Origin: Tubiluchus corallicola
Taxonomy: Eukaryota; Animalia; Priapulida
Reading direction: 5' to 3'
DNA length: 64,000 bases
NCBI GenBank assembly: GCA_030141605.1
Contig: JAQGDQ010000613.1
Span: forward strand, 1-64,000
The notes under the pieces are model-generated. The model ran no database searches, had not been told where the DNA came from, and worked only from the letters and a program-made list of their open reading frames with translations. Position numbers and translations under genes: made by a program. Below are positions 49,564 through 62,757 of this stretch, in pieces (position 1 is the stretch's first letter; every line of letters starts with the position of its first letter).

Positions 49564-50581
49564 TGTGATCCCTTTTTTACCTTTAACTGGGAGCTAGTTT
49601 TAATTTTTATTTTGTGTAGTTTTTTTCACTTATTTCATGATCATTCTGCATTTTAGCTTCTATATCATTCGGCTATTATAACTACAATAATATCGTGAAT
49701 ATTACTTTAAAAATTGATGAAACAATAATCCTCAAAAGTGGTTTTCGCTAACTAGTGTACTGTTAAAAGAAGTTTTGTGGCGTTTTCCCTTTTAAGGTAC
49801 ATATGACTGGTTTTTCAGTATTTTGTTCATTAGTGTTTCAGTTTGTCTGTCTGCCTGTGCGTGTCCCTCACTAATCAGGGTAAATCGTCATTTCCAGCTA
49901 ATGTGCCATTGATTACTATTTCCGTTCCAATCGCAAAAAAAAGGTTCAAAAGCTTTTGCAAATTGATTTTGTGGAACAGGTTTACCAGGTTGCTCGCATT
50001 GTTCCGCCATTTTGGGTATAGACAGGTAATACTCGTATGAACTGGAATAATAATAAAAGTGCTGTAGCGTTTTTTTTGTGTTTCTATTTATCTCCCATTA
50101 TTCACCTGCCCCGCACCGCACCGCCATTGTTTTTTTGTGTATGTGTGAAAAATCCTGTCGCTTTCCTGTTTGACAGGTAACCTCTTTTTGTAGAACGATG
50201 ATCCTGTGGATTTTCCTGGATTGATTATTGAGCATTGATTGATTTATTGTTTTGTTCAACATAATTAGGTCCAAGCATTTCGTAATTAATTACATATGTG
50301 CATAATCTATTATGTTATGTAGAATAACTAGAGAACTCGGAATTGGAGTAACTAAAGTCTGATTTCTGTCCTAATTTCACCTGTTGCTTAACCCGGTTTG
50401 TCTTGAGGATCCCGTTGCGATTTAACCCAAGTACGCTACATATTTCGTAACAGTGCAACTGTGGGTAAAGTGTGTAGTCTTAGTCAAAATCAAGTATGCA
50501 CCTGTGCTAGGATAAGAAATTCATTGGGACTCTGAAGCTTGCTTGTCTGATAGTTGTACAATGCATACAACGCGTTGATAT

Positions 50582-51175
50582 TTAAAGCAAAACCGGACCC
50601 AATGTTAAACTGTAGGTCAAAACAACCTATTCTTTAAAATATTGAAAAAGAAACATACTATTTTTTTAAAAATGCTTTACGTGAAAGAATTATTACCGCA
50701 CAAACGCAATTGCGCGTTCGCGCTACTAATTCTTCGCTGTTACATTTCGCCATTCGGTAGTTAGATGGATACTAGCGTCTGCCTTTCAGAAGGCGTTGCA
50801 TAGAAAACAGATGCTTCTCAGTTCAGATGTGTTAGTTTGTGATGGACTACACACGTTACACAGCTCATGCGTGAGTACAGCGATAAATATGAATTTTTAT
50901 TTTAAAACTTGCCTAGTTTAAGTACAACACCCTGAAAATCTTACACTAGCACTGTACCTCAATTTTCGCCTTCACAAACACGTGCAACACGCTCGTGGAA
51001 TATTTTTACTGTTGAAATTATGTTCGTTTGTGATGCCATCACTAGCCGGGCTCGCCCGCCGTTAATTAAGATTTTCATCTAAAACGCTTTTGTAATGTTA
51101 TTGGTGTTAAAATTTATACTTTTACCGTACTTGAAAATGGGGTAGTATGTGAAAAATCATCCTGTTTTTCTTTAA
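50582..51175 (+). mobile_element. Kolobok-type non-autonomous element
   Basis: TTAA|AGCAAAACCGGA...ATCATCCTGTTTTTCT|TTAA. The TIR is related to that of 31221-31773, and the interior is shared with 41815-42299. Confidence 0.7.
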
Positions 51176-52379
51176 AGAAAAACGTGACGATTTTCAGACC
51201 AATGCACCATTTTAAATATTAGTCTGAAATATCCATTACACCATACATAGTAATTTTCAAATTCTACGTATATGGTTGTACGTTCAGATTGACAGGAACC
51301 TTTCGTAAATGTTTCTCACTTGTTTACCAGTTTACGAAAGCAAAAATTGGAACTCAATGCCCTGGTATAAAGCACAAAAGCTCGGCAAAGTTCAAAATTC
51401 CAAGTTTATCCGCGGGCTAGCGTATCTTCACGAGTCTTCTGGTATTATAAGTTGGCTTGTTCTGCTGATTGGGTAATGGCTGAGTGCCTATTTTGCGCAA
51501 GCATTTTCATTAAGAAGCTAACGTTGTTGCCCATCTACGTTCGTATGTCTATAGCTAAATGTGTGTAACAATGAGAAACTGTGAGAGGGGTGACACAGCT
51601 GGTGTAACAGCAGTAAGAGCTCTTCAATGTAATTCTTTTTCGATATTTTATTCCTAGTTCTTATATTATTTTGAGCTAAAATTGAGTACATTTTTTCGTA
51701 AAGTACATCTGATGGGAATATGGTGATCTTTGCCCTGGTGAGATCATACTTGGTAGTTCAAGTCTCCAGAGCCATTATCCACTTAGCTGCAGTCTGGCAA
51801 GCAACATACAGGTTGGTTCATAACCCTTTGCTGGGTGTGGTGGCGTACAAAACACGAAATAGTACAGATCAGATAGTTACTTCAAAGTATTGCCTAAACA
51901 GTAGCGAATTTATCATGCCATGAAAATTTCGTGTGACAGCCTTGTACGTCTAGCACAGCTTGGAATCTTGAGAGGTATGATAGGAGCAGTGAAATACTCC
52001 ACATCCTCCAACAAGTCTTGCAGATGTCTCACAAGTTTTGTCTGTTGAATACCGACCTTGTTTTTCATCATCTTAGCGCCCACTCTGTCCTTTGGGATAG
52101 CTCCAATGTGTTTGCCGGGATTGAGAACCCGTGAATTTCCAGGCTATTCAGTTCAATGAAAAAATTAATCCCAGAGTTTTCAGGTCGCTGCTTCGATCAT
52201 CTCTCAAATTTGCAGGCTGTCCGAGATGCAGTGCTTTCATACTAAACTTTGAGGGCATCATAGATTCTCTATTGTTTCAGCAATCCTTTGTAATGTAATT
52301 AGTTATTCTATACTGTTACTCGTTGATTTTGTACTCCCTAGCAAAATGTTATGTACCACCCTGTACAGGCATAGATCGG

Positions 52380-52426
<47 letters not shown>

Positions 52427-52983
52427 ACAAAGGTAAGAGGGTTATAAAAGGATTAGTATGCTACATGTAGTAGTTTCTTACATGATATTATACATGTCAT
52501 AATGCATATATAGAACAACAAGCCTTTTGGCGTAAACCTAAGGAAAAGAAAACGCCCCCGACGGAGTGTAAAGGACTCGGTTATACAAGGAAGACGGACC
52601 GCTAGCCCCGTAGTCCGTTGCTCGTACGTTAGAGTAGCCGTCATAGAGTCGCACATAACCTAAATTACTTCTCCTCATATTATACGCTAGAAACAATATT
52701 TATCTTACAACCGTGTGTTTAATAATCTAGACAAGCAGGTAAAGGTTACGGCTTATCTCACTCATTCAGATAAGACCCAGACCTTAACAACCACCAAGTT
52801 ATGTTTAGCTCCCTGCTTCTGATGAAAAGCAAACTTTGGACAGTTATGTTTTGACTGCTGCTTTTGTGAGAATATTTGCCTAATTTCGTGTGGAATTTTA
52901 CGTTTTGTTAACCCCTTGTAATTGTTAAGAAAAGAAAACAATTGCGTAGTCTTCATGTGGTTGGTGGTAGTATAAGCCTTTTG

Positions 52984-53492
52984 GTAGTTACGTAGCTGTT
53001 GACTTTCGCACGAAGTAAAACAACTTACTCCTAATGGCCAGTCACTACGGAAAACAGTGGTTACGTTGCTGTTGACTCTCTCACAAAGTGAAACAACTTA
53101 CTCGTAATGGTCAGTCGCTGAGGAAGACAGTGCTTATGTAGCTGTTGACTCTCTCACGAAGGAAACAACTTACTCGTTATGGTTAGTCACTAGGAAAAAC
53201 AGTAGTTGCGTAGCTTTTGACTCTCTCACAAAGTGAAACAACTTACTCGTAATGGTCAGTCACTAAGGAAGACAGTGGTTACGTAGCTGTTGACTCTCTC
53301 ACAAAGTGAAACAACTTACTCGTAATGGTCAGTCGCTGAGGAAGACAGTGCTTATGTAGCTGTTGACTCTCGCACGAAGGAAACAACTTACTCGTTATGG
53401 TCAGTCACTAGGAAAGACAGTAGTTACGTAATTGTTGACTCTCTCACAAAGGAAACAACTTACGCTAAATTGTCAGCCACTACGGAAGACAG
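52984..53492. repeat. 72-73-bp minisatellite, 7 copies
   Basis: (G/T)TTGACT recurs at 52998, 53071, 53144, 53216, 53289, 53362 and 53434. Confidence 0.95.
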
Positions 53493-55489
53493 AATGTCAT
53501 ATCAACATTTCATAACTTGACTAAGACGGAAATTGCAATGACGATGGTTTTAGCACCACTTCCTGTGTTTCTGGATAAGATCTCGGTGCTTCGTTTCACT
53601 CACCAGGTACGACTGGTGTAGAATTTGCTTTTTTTTGTGCGCGTGATTGTTTGTTTGTTCCTCTCATTGGCGTTTGTTTGAAGTTAAATAAACATTGTTT
53701 TGGTTGAATCTGTGGAAGATTCACATGTGAAAGCGTAATAACTTCCTAGACAATTTGCTGCATGAAGGAAGGTCGTACTGACGCGGCATTTTGGTTGCAT
53801 TGTGAAATTAGCTTTGCATTGTGCGGTGTACAGGTGTTCCTGAGGTGTTACTGGTAGCAGAAAACGGAGTTTAGCTGATCGTATAGCAGATATGGAAGTG
53901 ATGTACTGATAAGTTAAAATATGTTTAGTGAAAGTGCCAAGGTCACACTAAGCGTCTATTCATAACAGAGCTTATCATTGGATACAATCGCGTAAGTTCT
54001 TTAATCAGGTTTTATAACAATAAAGAACTGTTGGAAATCACTTTACATCTTGAATATAGAGATCCTTCGTCTAGGTCTGAAGAGAAAATAATTCTTCTTC
54101 CGGCAGTCGCAAAGACATACTAGCAAGATAGTTACAATTGGTGATTGTAGCGCAGAAGACGGAAGTCGTAAAAAACTGAATAATGGAGACAATAGCAGGA
54201 GTGGTGAAGAGCAGTGTCTTGCCTAAATTACTGTAATTACCGCATGTCTTCTTATTAGAAGCTCGTTTAAATATTGTTGTACTTGAACTAGTTTCTGTGT
54301 CTACAACCTGAGAGTGAAATACAATACATATCCTTATTGTACTTTCTTATGCTGCTTTTCAGTGATTTTGTCTACAAATTTTACTTGCAAAAATTAATTG
54401 TTTCTGGTGCGGTTATCAAACTTTCATAGGGTTAACGTAAAAGGCGAACCCCATTATAATCTTGATTAATCGACACAGTAATGGTACTTTGTTAAATTTT
54501 ATTGCATGCCAAGTTAATTCAGGCTTTCATTAATCAATATTTGGGTAATGTCTCTCCTGAAATTCACAATTTAGGGCAGGCTGTGGTATGACGTTTTCGA
54601 CTTTCTAGCGAAGCTGAATAAGATTCGAACTTTCGAAACCCTTATTCACGCTTAGGAAACCAAATTGGTCAAGCCTCGAGTTATTTGTAAATTCCTCTAG
54701 TGAGTGAAGGAGTATGGGCAAAGAATTGTGAGCTTTTAATTTCCTTATTGTTATGGTTGTTATGCTTAAAGGAAAAGCCAAGCCTTCTGGGAAGTTAGGC
54801 TTATTTTAGTTTTTGCAAAAAATGTTTGAAGGATTTAGTGATAAAACTGCAGTAAGCGCCTCGTGTAACTGGCAAAATCACTAAATCGTGATCACTTCTT
54901 GCTTGGGCGCTCCCATATTCGATGCCCGTTCTTCTTCCAATGACGTCATTCGTCTTGAAGTTAATAGCACTCCTGTTAATCTCCTGCAAAAGTATAATAA
55001 GTTTTTGCGAAAAAACTTAGCTAATTTTTTAATATTTTTGCGCGAATGTTAGGTAAGCTGCAGAAATTTCACTTGGTTTAAGCAGCGTGCGCTTACGAAA
55101 AGCTACGATGCGCTTACGAAAAGTCACGAAGTTTCCCAGTTACGTCATAATTTTGAAGTGAATGGCGACAACCACCGCGCTTGATAATTTCTATTTAGAG
55201 GCAGTCTATTTTAAATTTATGCTTTATAGACAGTTCTTTGCAAATTTCTTTTTTATATATTTCTAAATATAAGTGATAACAGTAAAATAAACCCAACATA
55301 CTGGGTGTTTTGTTCTAAACTTTATGGCTCGGTTTTTTATCACAAATTTGCATGACTCTGTTAATTGGTCATTTTCCTCCGGCTTTTATACAAAAATGTA
55401 ATCACTAAATTAATTCCCTTTTTGTTCACGTGATCTCTGTTTAGAGCTGGTAGAATTTTTTTCACATGCCTCTTCAGAGCATTGTGTAT

Positions 55490-55924
55490 TCCTACGGTCA
55501 GGGAAAATCCTTGAAAATACAGGCTACCCTGGAAAGGCATGGAAAAGTCTGGGAACATGATGAAAATGAGTCGAAAAGTCAGGAAAATTGGAAAGGGTTG
55601 GAAAAATAATCACCGTGAACCGATATTTTTCAGCGATTCGTGTTCGAATAAAATTTTGCTGTGGCAGGCTCCCAGTTTCGATTTCTGTTCCAAAAATGAT
55701 GATCGGATTAAGAAAGTTTATTTAATGTTATTAGTGTAATTTCGTTACCGCTACTGCAAATGTGCCGCCGCATTATATATCAGTCCATACTCAAATGTCC
55801 ATACACAAAAATGTTTGAATGTGTATACTGGTAATGCAATTTCTGCTTATATTGGTCATGGAAAATCAATATTTGGTCAGGGAAAAGTCAGGAAAATTTA
55901 TTCTAAAATTCTGTGAAAACCCTG
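55490..55924. mobile_element. DNA-transposon-derived MITE-like remnant
   Basis: Repeated GGTCA(G/T)GGAAAA / AAAGTCAGGAAAA subterminal motifs, ending AACCCTG. Confidence 0.5.
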
Positions 55925-56454
55925 GTGGAAACTTGTAATTTAGATTTTTAATTATCTGACATAGGAATGGGTTAGCCAGCGGCCAATACTTCTGAAATAA
56001 GTAATTTGATGTAATCTGATCAATAAACTTCTTTATACGGCCAGTCAATAGAGCCTAATAAAAGAACCTAAGTATAATAACTCTTTTCTCCTCTACCACT
56101 TAGAAAGAGCCTCTACCCTGTACAAGTCAGCATTGGCGTGTATCCGCTAATTTCATGGGTTAGTTTTTCGCTTGGTGTTTCTATGGGAATTCAGTGTGTG
56201 AACGAGTCGTTGGCCTGAGCGTTTCGCGCGTGCTCTGTTCACGAAACTGAAATTACTGGGTTTTGACGGACGGTATTTAACCTACAGGTTAAACGTACTG
56301 GGCTCGCCAGACGTCTGTGTGTCAACTGCTGAGTGTGTTACTTAATCTGTGACTGACAGTATCTTCTCTATGAACTTGATATTTTAACAGTGTCATTGTG
56401 CAACTATTGTTTTTACTGCTTGGCTGTACGTGCCTTTATAGCGTTTTTGGCAAT

Positions 56455-56830
56455 TGTTAGTTTACGTCATTGACTCATTGTTTATCTGTTATTTCTACCG
56501 TTTGGATGTGCCTGAAAAAGGCCCTTCGTATCGTTTTGGCTGTGGTTAGTTTACGTCATTGTTCTGTTGCTGTTTTTAATGTTTACCTTGATATCAGTTT
56601 TAGCAGTGGCTAGTTTACATCATTGTTCTCCTGCAGTTTTTGCTGTCTGCCTTGATATCGGTTTTTAGCAGTGGTTAGTTTACATCATTGTTCTTCTGCT
56701 GTTTTTACTGTCTGCCTTGATATCGGTTTTTAGCAGTGGTTAGTTTACATCGTTCTTTACCTGCCACTTTCATTGTTTCGGTGTGTTTGTTTTAAGCAGT
56801 GGCTAGAATACGTCATTGTTCATCTATTGT
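56455..56830. repeat. ~65-bp minisatellite, 5-6 degenerate copies
   Basis: AGTTTAC(G/A)TCATTG...CCTTGATATC(G/A)GTTTT(T)AGCAGTGG recurs. Confidence 0.85.
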
Positions 56831-58684
56831 TTTTACCTTTAATGCACTCTGAACCTTAATATTAACTTTGATTTCATTTAGTAATTGGTAAGGTTTTAAT
56901 TATTGTACGTAATGTTGATGTTACGCTTACTCTTAGCCAGATCTGCTGGGTCTTATTGATTAATGATTAATAATACCCGTTCATTAATCGATCACGGTCA
57001 TTGTTCAATGACAAGTACTTCGGCTATTTCCTTTTCTTAGCAGTGCTTGTTCTGAACGGGAAGGATGTTTGCTTGGTCGGATGCAAGGCAGACCCTCTTA
57101 GCCTAAATAGATCAGCACACACGAGAAACGGGATAATGTTATTATGCTGTTGTACATATCACTCGGCTTAGCTTGATCCAAACAACGTGATTACCTACAG
57201 TAGATGAGCCAGCAGTAATTTCCATGTCAGGGTAACTGGAGCCATAAAACACTGAGCCATTTGTTGCTTGGTGTTGTGAGCCTTTGGGTTGTGCTGAGTT
57301 TTACACGATTAATGGTGTAACAGTTCTTCTATTAAAGGCGAGTCACACGGGTGTTTTGAAAGATTATTAATGTTTGAGTCACTAAGTTATACAGTGCTTT
57401 TCAATCTAGTCGTCATCGCGGTCAGTCTAAATTAATTGTCCTCTTTTGAATGTCGGTTTCCATTAAAAGGAATTATAAAATTGTAAATGATGTGTGTAGC
57501 AAATAAATTTAATGCAGGTGACAGAAACAGTGTTGAATCGAATTACGGATCAATTCGTCACAGGAATAAAGAAACAAGCCTACTCCTAACCCTAGCCTAA
57601 ATTAACTGTGATTTTTTTCCTGAGACCTTTTCGTATCCGAAATTTATTACCGGTCACGGTTAAACCAACAGTATTTGTGGGTACTAGTTTTGTTATTAAT
57701 GATTACTAGAAGTGGCTGAGTTAATATTTGGTTACAATCGGTGTATTAATTTTTAATGTACTTGCTTACTGTAATTATACATCGATCATTTTCGATACAT
57801 ATTGTAGTTGTGATTCTCTCTATATTTTTATAGTTAATCTTATTTCATAGCAATCACACAATTGATGGATATACATGTGATAACACTGTTTTCACGCTCT
57901 AAGAAAAACCGTCGACTCCTAAGGTTAATTTCTTCTAAAGAAAATGATGCCACAATCCCCAAGGGATTATACTCACTTGATCGCTAGGTGTTTAGCTATC
58001 AAATATTAATTGTCAATAAAACCTCGTCTTATTGTGTACGTGTTACAGCAGGCCGCCATGCAGAGTAAAGTATAGCAGACAAGCCCAGCTGGAGTGTGGA
58101 GGAATTTAATCTGGTTACTGATGCGGGTTGATATGCATGTTGATCTCAGTGCTTTTTGGCGTGCCCCGTAAACGCCTTGCTCCACAACACTCGAGTCTTC
58201 TGACTTCGTTGAACGCTTTTGTGCTTTGGAGGTGGAGTGAGTTTATTTTCTGACTCATTCTTGGATGAAAATTTTCACTTTTCAACTGGATTTCGTAGAG
58301 CGGCATCCCATCTGAATTTTTGGCAAAGTAGCTTTTAGTTGAGTTGATGTGCTTTTGGCATTAGAACCTCGTGTACATCTAAAACATGACTGTATGTAAT
58401 AACGCGTTGCAAATGTGAACATCTGTGAATATCGGGACTTTTTCTTTGGAATTTTCCCTGTATGAACCTACAGCATTTGCACTAACAATTCTGTAAGGAT
58501 TTAAAGTGTGTGAAGTTGACAAGTACTAGAGATGTGTTCAATACCAGCGCCTAGTAGATCGTTTCAGAGGCGGTAAGTGCAATGTGGGTCGAGTGCTCAT
58601 TCTGAATTTCCCGTGTGAAGGACGTTTGTATTGTGTGTAATGCGTAGAGGAACTAATTAAGTGCCCAATTGCTATACGTAGTGC

Positions 58685-59050
58685 CTCTAAATAAGTTTCA
58701 CTTGTATTATACACGGTGTACCTAATAACTCTCATTTGCACTATGCAGGGCTGTCCCGAAATAACTTTCACTTGCACTATACATAGTGTTCCTAAATAAT
58801 TTTCACTTGCACTATACATGGTGCCCCTATATAGCTTTCATTTGTGCTATACATAGTGACTCTAAATAACTTTCACTTGCACTATATAGTGTCCCTAAAT
58901 AATTTTCACTTGCACTATACATGGTGCCCCTAAATAACTTTCATTTGGGTTATACATAGTGACTCTAAATAACTTTCACTTGCTCTATACATAGTGTCCC
59001 TAAATAATTTTCACTTGTGCTGTACATGGTGCCCCTAAATAACACTCACT
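58685..59050. repeat. ~35-bp minisatellite, ~10 copies
   Basis: Unit TAAATAACTTTCACTTGCACTATACATAGTGTCCC. Confidence 0.92.
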
Positions 59051-59495
59051 TTGTGGCAACCTGTATATATTCAAGGTGGTGTGCTTGCAGTCTTTGTAAA
59101 CCGTTGGCAATACTTCATTGCTACTTGATAAATATTTCTTTTCTAAATATGGAGTATCTTTTTACATATTTGAACATTACATATAGAAGTTAATATCCAA
59201 ATGTATGCTAAGCTATTGAAAAGCCATTGCAATTTAATTGTTTACGTATTACTTTCAAAAACCTGAGCGATTCAGCCGTACGATTTGTGTGCACGTATTA
59301 TATGCACATTATTGTACTTTGTATGCTAGTTTAGACACGTTATCTGTAAGATTAGAACTAGTTTACAAAGTCCTAGTTCTAGTATCATTTTATGTGTCTC
59401 TTTGTGCTCTAATTACCCACTAAAAAGCAGTAAAAAGTGTAATTGAAATACGTGTATTATTGCTGTTTTTATGACTTTATGTTCATCTGTTTCAG

Positions 59496-59679
59496 TTACA
59501 GACAGCAGCTGGGGAAACAAGCTGAAATTAAACGGGACCTGCAAGGACGTTTCGAAACTGGGGTCAAATCACAGGCGAACATTATCAATGAAGATTTCCA
59601 AAAGTCCTGTGCCAATGAGGTGTCTAGTCAAAATGGAATAGTGCCCTCATCTCCGTCAAAAATGCAACCTTTTGCTGAG
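59496..59679 (+). CDS. CCSER-like gene, probable coding exon 3 (YRQQLGKQAE...MQPFAE)
   Basis: TGTTTCAG| acceptor and GAG|GTAGAG donor, 184 nt. Phase 2 to 0 links exon 2 with the conserved next exon in frame. Confidence 0.7.
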
Positions 59680-59688
59680 GTAGAGTGA

Positions 59689-59878
59689 TCTGTATAATTA
59701 ATTTTGGTGATATAGGGCTTTATATATATATATGTGTGTGTGCGTGTGTGTATATAAGGTTCGAGGCTACAACTCCAATGATGGCACCATTTTCGGAAAT
59801 CTATGTATCAAACGAAAGGTCTCAATCCTATCCTTTACCATTGTGGATTTATTTTTCAAATTGGGCCTACTAAGAGGA
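59689..59878 (+). mobile_element. 5' fragment of the Helitron-like family
   Basis: A|TCTGTATAATT, a (TA)/(TG) tract, then AAGGTTCGAGGCTACA..GGCACCATTT..TCAAACGAAAGGTCTC..TTTATTTTTC, as in copies 1 and 2. Confidence 0.75.
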
Positions 59879-61211
59879 ATGGGTGCAATCTACGTTAATT
59901 TGCATATTAGGTGTTAGTAGATAGTTAAACTTATTTTTACAAATAACTGAGTGGAGCTACCACCAATGAGCTTGTAAAAATGATGTGTTAAATAGTAGGC
60001 TTATAAGAATTAGCAGTTATAACAGTCATTTAAAGGAGAAGAAAGGGGGATTTTAAAGTTACGTCTCAAAGAAATTTGCGCACAAAGTTATATTATTTAG
60101 CATTACGCTTAGCTGTTTGAAAGACATATATAATCAACAAATGAAATTTTTTATAATTTAAATTGTTAATTCCAGCTAGTAAAAAACCACTGTTTCATTA
60201 CCTCTGTGTGCACCAAAAATGTTACTGGCTCAGCAAAAAACATGTATTACTAATGATATTGATAGGATAAAGTAAAATATACAATTATTTTGTTATTGAA
60301 AAATGCCTAGAATTGCTCTGATTACAATATGATTTTACACATTGTTATCTAAGCTTGTTTCAACCGACCTACGGTCAGAATAGCTGCACGTAATGGTCAT
60401 CTTCGGAGTTTAAATTTTCAAGTTTTATACACCATTGCTGCCAATACAAATTCTGTGCACAATAAGGCAGTATGTAGGCAGTACAAATAATCAAAACGAG
60501 GTTTTTTAGCTTTATGTAATTGAAGGGTTTTCTTATCCTTAAGTAATGCAGTGCTGCCAGGTTAAGAAGTTTGTATTCATTCACAGCTGGACAGATTTAG
60601 ACAAGTTCATGATACCTTAATCTTTAATACACAGTCTTTACAGAACTTTGTAGAAGAATAAATGAGTTGTTCATCTAATTCTTGCCTAATTGTTGGGTTT
60701 AGAAGTGTATATAGAAATAATGTCAATGAAATTTGTGTTGTTAAAAGTATAAATTTCAACATTTTGCGAAATAACGAATTTTTTAAAAAGTGATATTAGT
60801 TGTGTCACAGATCAATTTTTAGAATGGATCATACCTCAATCTGGTTATGTATGCACTTAAAATGGCTGACAAAGCACTTCACTAACTTATTAATTATGGG
60901 TAATATTATTTTGAAGGTGTAAAAAAAGCTACTTCGTTGACCTGAAACACGTTTCACACTTAACACCTGACAGATGAAGAATGACAGCAAAAATTATTTT
61001 TTGTTAATATAACAACTACATATATTCAAATGGCTGCTACTATCAATGAAGTGAAGATGGCCGACAACCAGGTTTTGAAAGACCTACTGACAGACAAGCA
61101 AACTATACCACATATCCTAGGAGATGACTACACTTTCTGGCTGTAGCTTATAATATAAACACATGGCCCAATATTGTGCAGGCTTAAATTTATTGATCTT
61201 CTATCACTTAG

Positions 61212-61328
61212 GATGGTGAATCCGAACTTCCGGGAGTAACAATAGATGAAGCCACTTATCAGTATCTGATGCAGGATACGTGTGGCATCACCTCCCTTCT
61301 TCAGAAGCTGAAGACAACTTTGCAAGAG
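61212..61328 (+). CDS. CCSER-like gene, coding exon 4 (DGESELPGVTIDEATYQYLMQDTCGITSLLQKLKTTLQE); the gene continues beyond
   Basis: TAG| acceptor and GAG|GTAAAC donor, 117 nt, phase 0/0. It resembles the conserved CCSER1/2 segment (V.LDE.T..HM.QDC..VK..LLKLKRLL) as recalled, not aligned. Confidence 0.85.
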
Positions 61329-61672
61329 GTAAACTTTTCGCTGACATTTTTCTGGATTGCTCACTTAAAGTTAGCACGTTTATTTGGCTGCTTGAGTTTT
61401 TCCCTGTTTTTTAATTTTCTATACCAACATGGCGGAAATGAGTTGTCAACACAGGAAATTCACAATATATAAGTTTATAAGCTACGAAATGACTTTGCAG
61501 TGACAGAATACTGTTGGTGAAACTTACTACTATTAGTATTAAACATTTGCAGCCATGATAATATATCTTACATTGCATTACCTTTTATTTTGTATTTATT
61601 AGTTAGTGGCACTGCAGTGGTTTAAATTTTTGGCTAAAGTCCCACACACAAGAAATTAGTTTGTTAAGTCAA

Positions 61673-61767
61673 TTAGGATTAAGATTAGGGTTGGGATTGG
61701 GGCTAGGGATAGCGTTAGGCTTGGGTTAGGATTAGGGTTGGGGTTAGAACTAGGGTGAGGGTTATGG
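61673..61767. repeat. Degenerate TTAGGG-like tract
   Basis: TTAGGATT..TTAGGGTTGGGATTGGGGCTAGGG..TTAGGGTTGGGGTTAG. Confidence 0.7.
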
Positions 61768-61945
61768 TATTTAAATTGTAAACTCTTTCCAAATTTTTTA
61801 ATGCGCGTATGTCATTGCTAATAAATTGATGAGTGTAATGCCAGGAGAGCATGATACTCTTTCTAGCCTTTCTCTAAATCAGACACTTTATGGGTATTTT
61901 ATATTATAAAACAGTTACAACAATAGCGGTTTTAGCAGTTATATA

Positions 61946-62282
61946 GAGCTGCTGTATAACAGAACCAAAGAGAATCTTTGGAGCACTAAATTCCAAATTA
62001 GAAGGCAAAGGTAGGGCATCTAATGAGACTGACAGAAACAACACCAGTAAGATTAGCATTAAATGAGGCACTGTAGCTTACTGAACGACCTCCAGGCAAA
62101 ACCAAAAACAACTAGGACATCAAGAATGAATATAGATTTACAACAGCTGAGACCAAATTTAACAATAGCATCACAGGAGTTGAAAATTTTAGCTGCAGAC
62201 AGGAAACAGTGGGGTGCTTTAATAAATGATAGCCGATCTATGTCTACAATAGATGTTTAGAGCAACAGAAGAAGAAGAAGAG
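61946..62282 (+). mobile_element. RTE-like LINE 3' fragment, same family as 16867-17720
   Basis: GCTGTATAACAGAACCAAAG..ACACCAGTAAGATTAGCATTAAA..CTACAATAGATGTTTAGAGCAACAGAA(GAA)n. Confidence 0.88.
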
Positions 62283-62757
62283 CATTTATAAATGCATGTT
62301 TTTGTGAGTCATAATAAAAGTGTGCATTTGGGATTCAAACAGACTGTCTGCAGTAATAATTTATGCATGGTATATACCTGTTTAATATTTTGCTTTTTCG
62401 TTTGCTTTTTTGCATGTTTTCTTATGTTTGACTGATGCGGTTTCCACAACAGAATGCACCTTTGGTATGTTGTTTTTGTTTATTTTTCTTCATTCATTCT
62501 TAAGTTTTTATTTGCTGCTATCTAGCTTTGTTGAGGTGAAATTATCTCTCATTTTGTGCACGGTTGCACGAGTTCATCATTCTGTGAAAGTGGAATGTAA
62601 TAAAAATCAAATTTTACATGCCTGTAATCTTAAATGTGATAAATTTGAATGACTGACTCATTGAGGCCGGTGATTCATATACATGTAAGTGATTTGTGGT
62701 ATCATTACATAATACGTGAAAACATTTTTGAAGGCATGCATAGTTAATAGTTACATG

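Noticed and set aside
58050-58380. GC-richer stretch with a 63-aa minus-strand ORF
   Set aside because: No recognisable motif or splice structure; possibly a decayed transposon but not supportable.
49245-59050. Regular arrays (28, 73, 65 and 35 bp) as possible CRISPR-like loci
   Set aside because: Units are contiguous tandem copies with no unique spacers, there are no cas-like ORFs, and the context is a eukaryotic intron.
61673-61767. Interstitial telomere or chromosome-fusion relic
   Set aside because: The tract is short and very degenerate. Such tracts commonly occur inside dispersed repeats, and there is no head-to-head arrangement.
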